A DNA stretch of 64,000 nt, from the IMG/VR virus record IMGVR_UViG_3300017963_000217, positions 35,387-99,386 of that record. One strand, 5' to 3'. Within the stretch, counting starts at the first letter, position 1. Each line of letters begins with the position of its first letter. The stretch comes from a virus. A program made the translations under genes and the position numbers. Positions 1-9,599 of this stretch are shown one piece after another. A model generated the notes under the pieces. That model had not been told where the DNA came from, ran no database searches, and was given only the letters and a program-made list of their open reading frames with translations.

Positions 1-1
1 G

Positions 2-1276
2 CTATCAGCTAGAAAGAAAATATGGTCAAAGGGGTTTATGCCTATAGCGTATACCGTGCTAAATCCAACACTAGTTGATATAGAAGGTAGTTTATTATTT
101 AATAATACTAAAGTAACGCTTAAACCTTCAGAGGAATTGGTTAAATTAACAAAAAAGGCGCCTACTGAACTTACTGATGACGAAAAGACTTTAATTAAAT
201 TGTTACCCAGTGATTTCAAAGAGAAAGTTAAATCTGGCAAAGGCATAGAACTCGACCCCATGTATGTAGGCGAGGTAGATTATAGAAAACAGCCTTATGA
301 AAGATATGCTAGACCTAGAGGCATAAAAGTTTTTGATGCTTTGGAATACAAAAAATCCTTGCGCCAGGCGGACCTTAGTACTTTGGACGGCATCACTAAT
401 TACATATTAAAAGTAACTATAGGTAATGATGAATATCCCGTTACTAGTCAGTCAGAATTGCAGACTATAGCGTCTTTATTTAATTCTACTACTTCTAAAT
501 CATTTGATGTAGTATGGAATCATACACTACAAATAGAAAAAATAGTAGCGCCCGAAATTGAAGCCGTGCTTGGGCAAGATAAATATAAGCAGGTTAATGA
601 AGATATAACCGGTGGTTTAGCCATGTCTAGAGGTTTTATAGATGGCGTGACCAACCTTAATACCGGAGAGGCAAATCTTGTAACCAAAACTGTTCTAGAA
701 GAGATTAATTATGCTAGGCGGCAAGTAGAACGTTGGATATATAATGAATACAGACAGATAGCGGAGGCAATGGGTTTTGACAGGTTTCCTAGAGTTAGAT
801 GGGATAACACTATATTAAGAGACATTATATTGTATATGAGTACTATTTCAGCCCTTGTAGACCGCAGAATGCTCTCATATGAGACTGCTCTTGAGCAGCT
901 AGGCTTTGATTATGAAAATGAATTTGGTAATATGAAAAATGAATTACCGTCTGTTTTGGAGGGTATTTTGGGCATTGTTGGAAGCCCTTTTCAACAAAAA
1001 GGATCTGGGATTCAAAATGTTCAGAGAGCCCCTATTGGAACACCATCTAATGGCAGACCAAGGGGACAAGTACCAAAAACTAAACAACCAAGTACTAAGC
1101 CACAAACAAAAACTAAAGTACCTAATCAGGCGCCGAGTCAACAACCAGGTCCGAGCCCGGCAGCTGCATCTACCGATATTAGGTATGTTATGCAATATGC
1201 TGCCGAAGTAATGGATAATGATCAGTTTTTGGAGTTTTTGCAAGGATTTATAGAATCATATAGAACCACTGAGTAA
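2..1276 (+). CDS. Portal protein, C-terminal part (5' truncated by window edge)
   Basis: Frame is open from base 2 upstream of ATG 38. Lies before protease-scaffold-capsid genes; helical portal-like C-terminus followed by a P/Q/K-rich tail. Call rests mostly on synteny. Confidence 0.7.
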   Translation, partial: LSARKKIWSKGFMPIAYTVLNPTLVDIEGSLLFNNTKVTLKPSEELVKLTKKAPTELTDDEKTLIKLLPSDFKEKVKSGKGIELDPMYVGEVDYRKQPYERYARPRGIKVFDALEYKKSLRQADLSTLDGITNYILKVTIGNDEYPVTSQSELQTIASLFNSTTSKSFDVVWNHTLQIEKIVAPEIEAVLGQDKYKQVNEDITGGLAMSRGFIDGVTNLNTGEANLVTKTVLEEINYARRQVERWIYNEYRQIAEAMGFDRFPRVRWDNTILRDIILYMSTISALVDRRMLSYETALEQLGFDYENEFGNMKNELPSVLEGILGIVGSPFQQKGSGIQNVQRAPIGTPSNGRPRGQVPKTKQPSTKPQTKTKVPNQAPSQQPGPSPAAASTDIRYVMQYAAEVMDNDQFLEFLQGFIESYRTTE

Positions 1277-1280
1277 TACT

Positions 1281-2021
1281 ATGGAATGTTTTGGAATAAT
1301 TTATAAATCTACTAATAAAATAAATAATAAGTCTTATGTTGGCCAGACAATATGTGCATTTAATGTTAGAAAATTACAACATATTAATGATTCAGCGGCT
1401 AATAGGGATAACATTTATTTTCATAATGCAATTAGAAAATATGGGCCTACTAATTTTGAATGGGAAATACTTAAACGTTGTTATTCTAGAGAAGAATTAG
1501 ATGCTGAGGAAAAAAGATTTATAATAAAATATAAAACTTTAGAAAATGGATATAATCTAACCACTGGTGGTGCTGGAATGAGTAATTATTCAGTTACGGA
1601 AGAGCATAGACGTAATTTGTCCGTATCACATAAAGGTTATAAACATACGGAAGAACAAAAGAAGAAAATTTCTAAAGCATTAAGAAATAGATATTGCTCA
1701 GAGGAAACAAGAAAAAAATTATCGATATCTAAGATGGGCAGTAATAATCCCATGTGTGGCAAATTTGGAAATACAAATCCCTTTTATAAAGGAAAGTTTT
1801 CGACAGAAGTTATAGAAAAAATAAGAGATTCTAATAGTTTGTATTGGGAAGTGACTTTTCCAAACGGTGATAAACAAATAATAAAAAATTTAAGTAGATT
1901 TTGTAGGGAACATAATTTAAGTAAAGGAGTTATGGGTCTTGTTTCAAAAGGATGTAGGGCACACCATAAATTATATAGATGTAAAAAATTAGGTAAGAAT
2001 TTACCGAATGTAAATTTATAG
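1281..2021 (+). CDS. Free-standing GIY-YIG homing endonuclease with NUMOD3-like repeats
   Basis: GIIYKSTN...SYVGQT, R and E..E...GYN motifs; repeats HTEEQKKKISKA / SEETRKKLSIS. Confidence 0.9.
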   Translation: MECFGIIYKSTNKINNKSYVGQTICAFNVRKLQHINDSAANRDNIYFHNAIRKYGPTNFEWEILKRCYSREELDAEEKRFIIKYKTLENGYNLTTGGAGMSNYSVTEEHRRNLSVSHKGYKHTEEQKKKISKALRNRYCSEETRKKLSISKMGSNNPMCGKFGNTNPFYKGKFSTEVIEKIRDSNSLYWEVTFPNGDKQIIKNLSRFCREHNLSKGVMGLVSKGCRAHHKLYRCKKLGKNLPNVNL

Positions 2022-2034
2022 TGAGGGCAGATAG

Positions 2035-2067
2035 TTATAATAAACTAACCGCTCTTATTATAGAGGG
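2035..2067 (+). promoter_or_regulatory. Candidate phage promoter motif TTATAAT-n3-CTAAC-n11-TAGAGGG
   Basis: Near-identical arrangement at 21260-21291; both sit upstream of structural gene starts. Confidence 0.4.
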
Positions 2068-2104
2068 CTTTATATTTTTGTTTGGGAAGGGGAGGTATAT
2101 AGTA

Positions 2105-3223
2105 GTGGAACATGAATATAAATTTGATCCTGTAACTATAGAGGCGCAGATAGAACTTTTTGAAGGCACTGATGCTCTTAAAAAAGAGGTTGCCTCTATT
2201 GTAAATTTTCCTGAGAATAAGACACCAGATGTGTTGTTTTTTTCGGGTATTTTTGTGTCATCTGGGGCCAACCTAAATGATGCTTTTTTTATGCCCACCG
2301 AAATGGTTAAGGCATATAATACAATAGATAACAAAGCATTGGATATAGAGCATGAAGAGACGGAGATAGTAGGGCATATATATTCCAGTGCTTTTATTGA
2401 TAGATCTGGAAATAAGCTTAGTATAGAAAAATTAAAAGATATGAGTCCGGCAGAACTTGACAGAATGGATTTGGATGTGATGATTGCTGGTATTATATAT
2501 AAGAGCAGGTTTCCAGAGCTGGCAGAAGAAGTAAAAAACAATAAATGGAAACTATCTATGGAAACATATTTTTCAAATTATGACGTAAAAGTGGGTAATC
2601 TGATATTATCACGACAGGAAGCTGAAGCAATGGGATTGGCTTCAGATGATGTGTTAGGACGAGTAGCAAAGATTCTTAAAAAGGGAAAGGAAATAGCAAA
2701 GGGACAGGTAACTAGAGTATTAAGAAACCTGTTGTTTTCAGGATGTGGGCTTGTAAAAAATCCTGCCAACCCCAGATCCTTGATATTGGAAACAGCCAAA
2801 AAGAAGGGGGAAGAGGTTATGGTTGTAGAACTTGAACCTATAGAAACCGAATTAAAAGATAAGGACAAGGAAGATGCCGAAGCTATTGTGACGTCACCAG
2901 CAGCTACGGCCCCGAGCCCTGACGCATACGATGTTCGTACACAAACATCTCCTGGAATTTGTGTAAATTATAAAAGAAGAGTTATTGATGCTACGTTCGA
3001 AGGACCGGATGCAAAGGTTTTACATGAGGACTGGTGTACTCTTTACGATATGGCGTGCACGTCACCGTCAAGAGGAGCAGATCATCCCGAATGTATCAGG
3101 CAGGTAGTTGTATCCAAGACTGGATCGTACACTAAGTATAAACTATCAGATTTAGAGGCCATGGATAGACGAGGCAATCTATTGGCTACTCTGATAGAAG
3201 TTTTGAATAAATCGAGGAGGTAA
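2105..3223 (+). CDS. Prohead (capsid maturation) protease
   Basis: LDIEH..IVGHI, LSMET and FSGCGLVKNPA motifs typical of phage prohead serine proteases; between portal and scaffold. GTG 2105 chosen because of SD GGGGAGG upstream (ORF track starts at 2021). Confidence 0.75.
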   Translation: MEHEYKFDPVTIEAQIELFEGTDALKKEVASIVNFPENKTPDVLFFSGIFVSSGANLNDAFFMPTEMVKAYNTIDNKALDIEHEETEIVGHIYSSAFIDRSGNKLSIEKLKDMSPAELDRMDLDVMIAGIIYKSRFPELAEEVKNNKWKLSMETYFSNYDVKVGNLILSRQEAEAMGLASDDVLGRVAKILKKGKEIAKGQVTRVLRNLLFSGCGLVKNPANPRSLILETAKKKGEEVMVVELEPIETELKDKDKEDAEAIVTSPAATAPSPDAYDVRTQTSPGICVNYKRRVIDATFEGPDAKVLHEDWCTLYDMACTSPSRGADHPECIRQVVVSKTGSYTKYKLSDLEAMDRRGNLLATLIEVLNKSRR

Positions 3224-3229
3224 TCGCTC

Positions 3230-3646
3230 ATGCCACAAGCACAAACTGGAAAAACTAAGAGTGTACCCAAGGTAGTTAGGGTGAATGCTTCAGATGGTGA
3301 AGCTGTTCTGTTCAGAAATCTTGGGAATGGACGTAGACTCCCATTTATTTGGGCAGATACGTTTACATTGGCATCCGGTACCACAGAAACAGTGGTATCC
3401 AGCGGTGTTTCGTTTCATGACTATGATGTATCGGGTGGCATCATTACTTTTAGTCCTATGTCATCCGGTGGCGCTGCTCTGACCACTTACATTGATAAGA
3501 ATACTACAACTAATGTAGTAAAATTAGTGGCTACTAGCGCGCCCAGTGAAGATTGTGATTTTGACATTATGTTCATGTTGGGTGTTGGGTATAACTTTGA
3601 CAGTACACACACCAATCAAATTTGGCGTAGATATTATAGTAATTAA
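3230..3646 (+). CDS. Hypothetical beta-rich virion protein
   Basis: 138-aa ORF with SD GGAGG in the head module; several x-x-S-G motifs. Confidence 0.6.
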   Translation: MPQAQTGKTKSVPKVVRVNASDGEAVLFRNLGNGRRLPFIWADTFTLASGTTETVVSSGVSFHDYDVSGGIITFSPMSSGGAALTTYIDKNTTTNVVKLVATSAPSEDCDFDIMFMLGVGYNFDSTHTNQIWRRYYSN

Positions 3647-3744
3647 TTTTTACGTAGGAATTGGGACGAGGAAATGGTTGATTTAAAGTTTTAAACGAGG
3701 TTGGTTTGCTGATTAACTTAAACTAAGTTTAGGAGGGTTTTTTC

Positions 3745-4587
3745 ATGACCGACAAATTAACTCAAGATGTACATGCTATAGTCGATAGCATCTTTAAGCA
3801 GAAAGAAGAAGACGCTATGAGAAAAGAAACAGAAGAAGCTCTCAATAAGTCTGCTGAAATAATTAATAAGCTTGATGAGTCCTTAGAGGCAAAGGGCCAA
3901 GAGCTTTCTAATTTAGAGGCTAAGAATGGGGAGTTGGAATTTACTATTTCTGAGCTTTCTGCTAAAACCAAAGAGCTAGAAGAGAATCTTGAGAACGCAA
4001 AGTCTGACTTTGAGGCCAAGGAAAAAGAGCTTACTGAGCAATTAGAGGCGGCTCAGTCCGAGCTAGAAGAAATTAAAAAGCAGCAACTTGCGAAAGCAAG
4101 ATTTGATGAACTTGCTAGTGATGGTGTGGCTGCTATTAATGAGCAGGCCATTGAGGATCAGATGAACAAGATTCGAGATATGAGTGATGAAGAATTTGAA
4201 TTGTATAAAACTGATAGGCTTGAACTTCGTAAGTCTATCATAGCTGAGCTAGAGTCGTCATCCAGTACTGATACAGAGGAGAACGAAAATAGCGAGTCAG
4301 AAGTTGCCACAGAGGAAGAAACTAATGAAGAAGAATCTGCTTCCGAAGAAGAAACTTCAGAGGAAGAGACCGCTGAAGAAGAAACTTCAGAAGAAGCTTC
4401 AGAAGAGGACACCGAAGTGGAGTTAGAAGATGAGGAGGAGGCTGCTGCCGAATCTGAAGATTCGATTGATCCGATGAAAGCTGTTTCAGCTATGCTAAAT
4501 CTAGAAGCTGATATTAGTTCTAATATTCTCAGTAAATACAAAGATTTAGGTAAAGCTTTGGCTGAGAATGTTAAGAATAGGAAGTAA
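3745..4587 (+). CDS. Capsid scaffolding protein
   Basis: Long coiled coil and very acidic low-complexity tract (EEETSEEETAEEETSEE); between protease and capsid genes. Confidence 0.75.
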   Translation: MTDKLTQDVHAIVDSIFKQKEEDAMRKETEEALNKSAEIINKLDESLEAKGQELSNLEAKNGELEFTISELSAKTKELEENLENAKSDFEAKEKELTEQLEAAQSELEEIKKQQLAKARFDELASDGVAAINEQAIEDQMNKIRDMSDEEFELYKTDRLELRKSIIAELESSSSTDTEENENSESEVATEEETNEEESASEEETSEEETAEEETSEEASEEDTEVELEDEEEAAAESEDSIDPMKAVSAMLNLEADISSNILSKYKDLGKALAENVKNRK

Positions 4588-4621
4588 GTAATCGTAAAAT
4601 TTTGCAAGGAGGAAAGTTATT

Positions 4622-5191
4622 ATGTTTATTCCGAGACATCCCGTAGTAGAGAATCAATTCTGCCAGTTCTATGGCCAGACCACGGTTTCTGGTGGAGCAG
4701 GTGATGTTTTAGCATACGCAGGTTCCGTTTGCTATTTGGATGATAGCCAGACAGATGCCACAGTTAAAATTTATGTTGCTGATGAGAATAAGTACCCATT
4801 TGGGTTTTTGATGCAGAAGGTTAAAACTGGATATCATTCAATTCATCCGGCTGGGTTTATGATGCCTGGTGATCTCGGATCTTCCGATGTTATCGCACAG
4901 CCTAGCTACAACTCAAATGGACAGATTAACGGAAGTAAACCTGCGCCTGTTGGCGTTGCTCATCTTGGTATATGGGATACTATCCATTACTATGATACTT
5001 CAGCTATTAACGCTGGTGCAAGAATGCAGGTCCGTAAGAACAGTATGTCAGAACTTACTGATCTGGGCGCTGCTACTTATACCAATGCAACTGTAGTAGC
5101 TGTTGTTCTCAAGGGCGCAAGCGCTGCACAGGTTACTGCTAATGTTAATAACACCACACTTTATCCTATTAGGGTAAAGCTTTTAGTATAA
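4622..5191 (+). CDS. Head decoration / capsid cement protein
   Basis: 189-aa Gly/Ala/Val-rich beta protein immediately upstream of the capsid gene; strong SD. Confidence 0.6.
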   Translation: MFIPRHPVVENQFCQFYGQTTVSGGAGDVLAYAGSVCYLDDSQTDATVKIYVADENKYPFGFLMQKVKTGYHSIHPAGFMMPGDLGSSDVIAQPSYNSNGQINGSKPAPVGVAHLGIWDTIHYYDTSAINAGARMQVRKNSMSELTDLGAATYTNATVVAVVLKGASAAQVTANVNNTTLYPIRVKLLV

Positions 5192-5264
5192 TATTTATAT
5201 TTAATTATTGGATCAAAAGCACGTTTAGTGCATCCAAAATTACTTGACGGAGGCGAGTTAAGTT

Positions 5265-7478
5265 ATGGACAAAAAAGAAATGAGAGAACTGTTTAGGGCA
5301 ACCGCTGCTATAAATACTCCTGAAGGCATCATGGCCTATAAGGCGTTTGCTGCTGCTCTGACAACTCCAATCCTTCAAGCAATAGAGAGAGATTCCATAA
5401 TGAGACAGCTTTTTGCTGTTGAAGAACTAGGTCCTGGAGCACAAGCTTCATATCCGGTCGCTGAGGATTTCGAGATCCCAGTTTGGGTATTACCAGGACT
5501 TGGCTATGTTGCCCAGAATTTTATAGAAGGTATCGGTGAAGAGGTTAACTGTATAGCCTCTTAATTTTGCTATATGCTGGAAAGCCCTAAAGGCTCTTTT
5601 ACTGCTATCGTAATAATAAGGAGTATGTAACAATGGGTAATCATGCAGGAAACTTTGATATTGCACATCTTAAATGGTTAGGTGGGTTGATAGATGCTGA
5701 CGGTTCTATAGGTATTTCTATAAATACTAGAAAAAACAATAAAATAGTTTATACACCGTGTATAGTAATAACCAACAGCAATGCCATAATGATAGAACGT
5801 GCACATAATATTCTTGATCAATACAAGATAAATCACCATATAAAGCCAAATGGTTCATGTAAAAACCTAACCATCTCTAGGCCAAATATAATAGATTTGT
5901 TTTGTAGACTAATGAACGGTTTAATTTTAGTAAAAAATAACGAGCTTAGACTTATACATCAATTTTGTTTAAAGCGAATAATTAATATAAATGAATCTGG
6001 ATGTAATTGGAAAGCTAATTATAACAAAGACGAAATAGATATAGTCTACGAGTTAAGATCATTGAATATGAGACATTATGGTAAATGCGAGGAATATGGG
6101 ATAGTAGACAATGAAGTAAGTGTAGATTTGTTGAACTGTTTTAGCCTAGAGTGGTTGGCTGGTTTTATAGACGGTGACGGTTGTTTTAGTATAAGTAAGA
6201 TAAAAAGACCTTCAGGAAAATATCAATATCAACCTTTGACTAGTATAGTAACTGGATCATTGATTGCTAAAAATATTATTTCTATTTATTTAGATAGATA
6301 TAATATTAACTATTATTTAAATAAATCAGTATCTGGACCCAATCATAAACCTAACTGCATTAAAAAGAAATTTGAATATGTCATTAGATCTCAGAAAGAT
6401 TGTATAAAAATTTACAATTTACTATCAAATAAGGTTGTTGGAAAGAAGCATAGATTGAAGTTATTATTTAACTTTTGTTCTAGTAGATTGAATCGTAAAA
6501 ACAAACCCTATTCTGATTTTGAGATATTTTTATATAAACAACTTAATGATGATATCAGAGGATCCTCAACGACTATATGCAAAACGTCGTATGACGAAGA
6601 GATAGTCTGAACTATATGGAGACATATAGAGGAGGCGCCGAAGAGCCCTCCCGCCCGAAAAAAGTCGGGTCATAAAAGTAACAGATTGATACGTACCTAC
6701 ATTTTCCATCGATGCATCGGGCGACTGGAAACTCACTTATGCTAGGGATTCGAGAGTGGATATTGCGGCAAGAGCTGCAGAGAAAGCTGCTAAAGCGATT
6801 GCTGATTACGAAGAGGAAAGTGGATGGAGAGTAATTCTACCCGCCGCTACTTCAAGATTCTTTGGAAAGGGACTGCTTGGCTCACGCCCAGCTCCTATTT
6901 ATGAGATTAACCCCGCATCTACTGGTGCTGGTTATCTTTCTAAAGAACTTCTCAACAAAATGATTGTTGGGTTCAAGAGAATTGGAAGAACTTTGACGGA
7001 TCTGTATGTTTCACCTGAAGATGCAGCTGACATCAGAGAATGGACCGACACAGATGTTGACCCAATGACGAGGCGTGAAATTTTCCAGGCTGCTGGAATG
7101 GGCAGTATTTGGAATGTCACCCTTCATGAGGTACAGCATCTTGGTGCCACGGGTCTGTATAATATTAATGGTAGTACTTCAGCTTATGGTAAGTTTATTG
7201 CTGACGGTAGTGAGCAGTATAATGCATACCAGCTGGATAACCCAAATGTTACATCAGCTGATGGTACAGTTTCTACTTTGGGGGAAACTCAGGTGCTTGG
7301 TTTTGACCTTGGCGTCAATGACTCACTTGTTATGCCTATCCGTAAGACCTACGAAGCTCATGATGATCCAACCCTACTTAGGGTCCAGAAAGCTGGATTC
7401 TTTGGCTGGGAGGAAATAGGATTTGCATGTCTTGATCCTCGTATGCTGGGTATGGGTATAATCGACAGGTCGTTATAA
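5265..7478 (+). CDS. Major capsid protein, spliced: join(5265..5545,6689..7478), 356 aa
   Basis: Removing 5546-6688 gives a continuous frame ...GIGEE-V-YVPTFSIDASGDWKLTYARDSRVDIAAR... Size, position and C-terminal GFFGWEEIGFACLDPR fit an HK97-fold capsid protein. Confidence 0.88.
5546..6688 (+). ncRNA. Group I self-splicing intron in the capsid gene (1143 nt)
   Basis: P1: exon GAGGU pairs with GCCUC 5556-5560 (U.G at splice site). P10: GUAU pairs with exon 2 AUAC. P ATGCTGGAAA, Q AATCATGCAGG, R TCAACGACTA, S AAGAGATAGTC; terminal G at 6688. Confidence 0.93.
5633..6610 (+). CDS. Intron-encoded double-motif LAGLIDADG homing endonuclease
   Basis: WLGGLIDADG and WLAGFIDGDG motifs. Confidence 0.93.
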   Translation: MGNHAGNFDIAHLKWLGGLIDADGSIGISINTRKNNKIVYTPCIVITNSNAIMIERAHNILDQYKINHHIKPNGSCKNLTISRPNIIDLFCRLMNGLILVKNNELRLIHQFCLKRIININESGCNWKANYNKDEIDIVYELRSLNMRHYGKCEEYGIVDNEVSVDLLNCFSLEWLAGFIDGDGCFSISKIKRPSGKYQYQPLTSIVTGSLIAKNIISIYLDRYNINYYLNKSVSGPNHKPNCIKKKFEYVIRSQKDCIKIYNLLSNKVVGKKHRLKLLFNFCSSRLNRKNKPYSDFEIFLYKQLNDDIRGSSTTICKTSYDEEIV

Positions 7479-7490
7479 TATTGATATATA

Positions 7491-7525
7491 ACTAGTGCGC
7501 TTGTTAAACATGCGAGCGCACTGGT
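7491..7525 (+). terminator. Stem-loop after the capsid gene (terminator or mRNA-stabilising)
   Basis: 13-bp stem ACTAGTGCGCTTG / CGAGCGCACTGGT; no U-tract. Confidence 0.55.
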
Positions 7526-7546
7526 CTATATACCTTGGAGATTAAA

Positions 7547-7891
7547 ATGACCTTTATGTTGGGAATAATAGCTACAATAATTTTAATAGAAGCTATAACT
7601 GGTATTATAAGTAAGTCAGAATTGTTTAGACCTTTAAGAGAATTTTTATTTGATAGAAGGGAAAACAAATTATTTGGATTTATGCACAGAATAATAGATT
7701 GCCCTTATTGCTTATCAGTATGGGTAGGCATGTTCTGTGGTGGTGTATTATATTTATACATAAATAATTTGCTCCCTTTTATTATTATGTGGATATTTAT
7801 ATCTTTAATTTTTCATAGATTGTCAAATGTATTACATTATATTATTGATAGAATTGATTCAAACCATGAAAGTTTGGACAAGGACACTTAA
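7547..7891 (+). CDS. Small membrane protein, DUF1360-like
   Basis: Three hydrophobic segments and CPYCLSVW motif; ATG 7547 follows SD GGAG. Confidence 0.65.
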   Translation: MTFMLGIIATIILIEAITGIISKSELFRPLREFLFDRRENKLFGFMHRIIDCPYCLSVWVGMFCGGVLYLYINNLLPFIIMWIFISLIFHRLSNVLHYIIDRIDSNHESLDKDT

Positions 7892-7907
7892 ACGGAGGAC
7901 AAGGTAG

Positions 7908-8396
7908 ATGAAAGGATATGTAAGAAATAAAACAGCAGGGTGGCGACATGCCATGAAAAGGTCCGTTGGACCAGGACATAAAATACCTATGAACGAGTTG
8001 TTCGAACAGTATGGCGAAAAGCATGGACTTGAGCCAGGCAATGAGTTTGTGGAATGGCTTAAGAATGTTAAACTGAGAGACCGAGGTACTTGGGAGATTG
8101 TGACTGAGGATGATAATATCCAAGTTTCAGGGGGTAGTAAATCTGAGGAGAAGACAGTTGAACACAAGCCAGATAATAGAGGGTCTTCTTTAACAAGTCC
8201 ATTTGTTAAAAAAGCCATAGAAATAGATGAAATAGTTAATATGACGGTAAGAAATGCTAGAGTAGAATTGAAGAAAATAACTGACTTAAGATTATTGAGA
8301 CAAGCCTATGAACAAGCTAGACAACTAGCGCATAAAGATACGTTGTGCCAATATTTGAGAAGGCGTATACAAGAGTTAGAGCTTACTAGGAGGTAA
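7908..8396 (+). CDS. Hypothetical protein
   Basis: 162-aa ORF with SD; helical C-terminal domain. Confidence 0.6.
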   Translation: MKGYVRNKTAGWRHAMKRSVGPGHKIPMNELFEQYGEKHGLEPGNEFVEWLKNVKLRDRGTWEIVTEDDNIQVSGGSKSEEKTVEHKPDNRGSSLTSPFVKKAIEIDEIVNMTVRNARVELKKITDLRLLRQAYEQARQLAHKDTLCQYLRRRIQELELTRR

Positions 8397-8401
8397 ATCG
8401 T

Positions 8402-8656
8402 ATGCCTTTTGTACCTAAATCATATGATAGAAATCTACGAATTCCTAAATACTACAGCACCGCAGTTGGGGCTGAAGGGTACAATCCAGACGTAACCATT
8501 TATTATGGTTCTGATGATAACATTGTGCATGTAAGAGAAATTTGGAGAGGAAAGCAATACGATCAAACTGTATCTGGTACTAATTATGCTGAGTATTGGC
8601 CAAGTTTTAGCTACAGTGTTACTTATTTTGCTTGGGAAGAAACTACAGTATCATAA
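8402..8656 (+). CDS. Hypothetical small virion protein
   Basis: 84-aa ORF with SD GGAGG. Confidence 0.55.
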   Translation: MPFVPKSYDRNLRIPKYYSTAVGAEGYNPDVTIYYGSDDNIVHVREIWRGKQYDQTVSGTNYAEYWPSFSYSVTYFAWEETTVS

Positions 8657-8678
8657 AAATAAATAAGTAGAGCCTATC

Positions 8679-9581
8679 ATGATAAAACTAACTATACAAG
8701 TAGCTGATATAACTAGCGTTATGTTAGCATATAATCAGATACGCATATACACATCTGACGCCGAAAATGGTACGTATACATATTTGACATCTCTATCGTT
8801 GTTAGCTGGTGTGTCAACCTATACCTATACCCATGCTCAGGGTACATCAGATACATGGTATAGATCTTCTTACTACAATTCTTCTACTAGTGCTGAAAGT
8901 TCATTGTCAAATGCAGCTCATGGAGAATCAGCTTCTTTATATCATGTAGTAACCTATCCAGAAGAGTGTGAATTTGATAGTAATTCTGATATAATTATAC
9001 GTAAGATAAGAAGATTGATAGGGGATTTAAAGGGCTTAAAAAGAATATATGAATGTGACGGGGAGTTTTGCACATCTATACAGCCCGACGATCATACTTT
9101 TGATCTAGGCGAAAAAGGATGGCCGGTATCAGTATCTGTTGATGGTGTGGAATACACTTCTTTGGAAGATCCTGTAGTTCAGGGCTATCAATATCTTACT
9201 TTCAGTGGTAGTTTAGTCAGTGGTACTCAGAGCGCGTGTATTGATATATGGTTTCATACATTTATTTTTTCTGACAGGGAAATATATGAGGCATATAGTG
9301 ATGCTATAGTGCCACCAGGAGTACCTATTGATTGTGTAAGTGAGGACCATCTAATATTTCAAGCAGCTATTGATCTATTAGAAAGTATAGCGTTGGATAA
9401 TTTAATTAATGATGGTGCTGTGGTTAGAGATGATCAAACGGTTTATGATCCGTCACCAGGTCTAAGAGGTTTAAGTTCTGCGGATGGACCTATAGATAGA
9501 CTAAAAAAACAACTAGATGGTTTGATAAAAGAATGTATAAGAAGTAGTTTATTAGGAACATCAGGCTATTTAATAGATTAA
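8679..9581 (+). CDS. Putative head-tail adaptor / neck protein
   Basis: N-terminal FN3-like beta segment, then IRKIRRLIGD..FSDREI..AAIDLL helical adaptor-like pattern; follows the capsid gene. Confidence 0.5.
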   Translation: MIKLTIQVADITSVMLAYNQIRIYTSDAENGTYTYLTSLSLLAGVSTYTYTHAQGTSDTWYRSSYYNSSTSAESSLSNAAHGESASLYHVVTYPEECEFDSNSDIIIRKIRRLIGDLKGLKRIYECDGEFCTSIQPDDHTFDLGEKGWPVSVSVDGVEYTSLEDPVVQGYQYLTFSGSLVSGTQSACIDIWFHTFIFSDREIYEAYSDAIVPPGVPIDCVSEDHLIFQAAIDLLESIALDNLINDGAVVRDDQTVYDPSPGLRGLSSADGPIDRLKKQLDGLIKECIRSSLLGTSGYLID

Positions 9582-9599
9582 AATTCATAATACGGAGCA

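Noticed and set aside
4300-4445. GAAGAAGAAACTTCAGA-type DNA repeats
   Set aside because: They encode the acidic low-complexity tract of the scaffold protein.
5546-5564. Intein in the capsid protein (Cys followed by a LAGLIDADG domain)
   Set aside because: The frame stops at 5564, the endonuclease is a separate ORF, and group I RNA elements explain the insertion.
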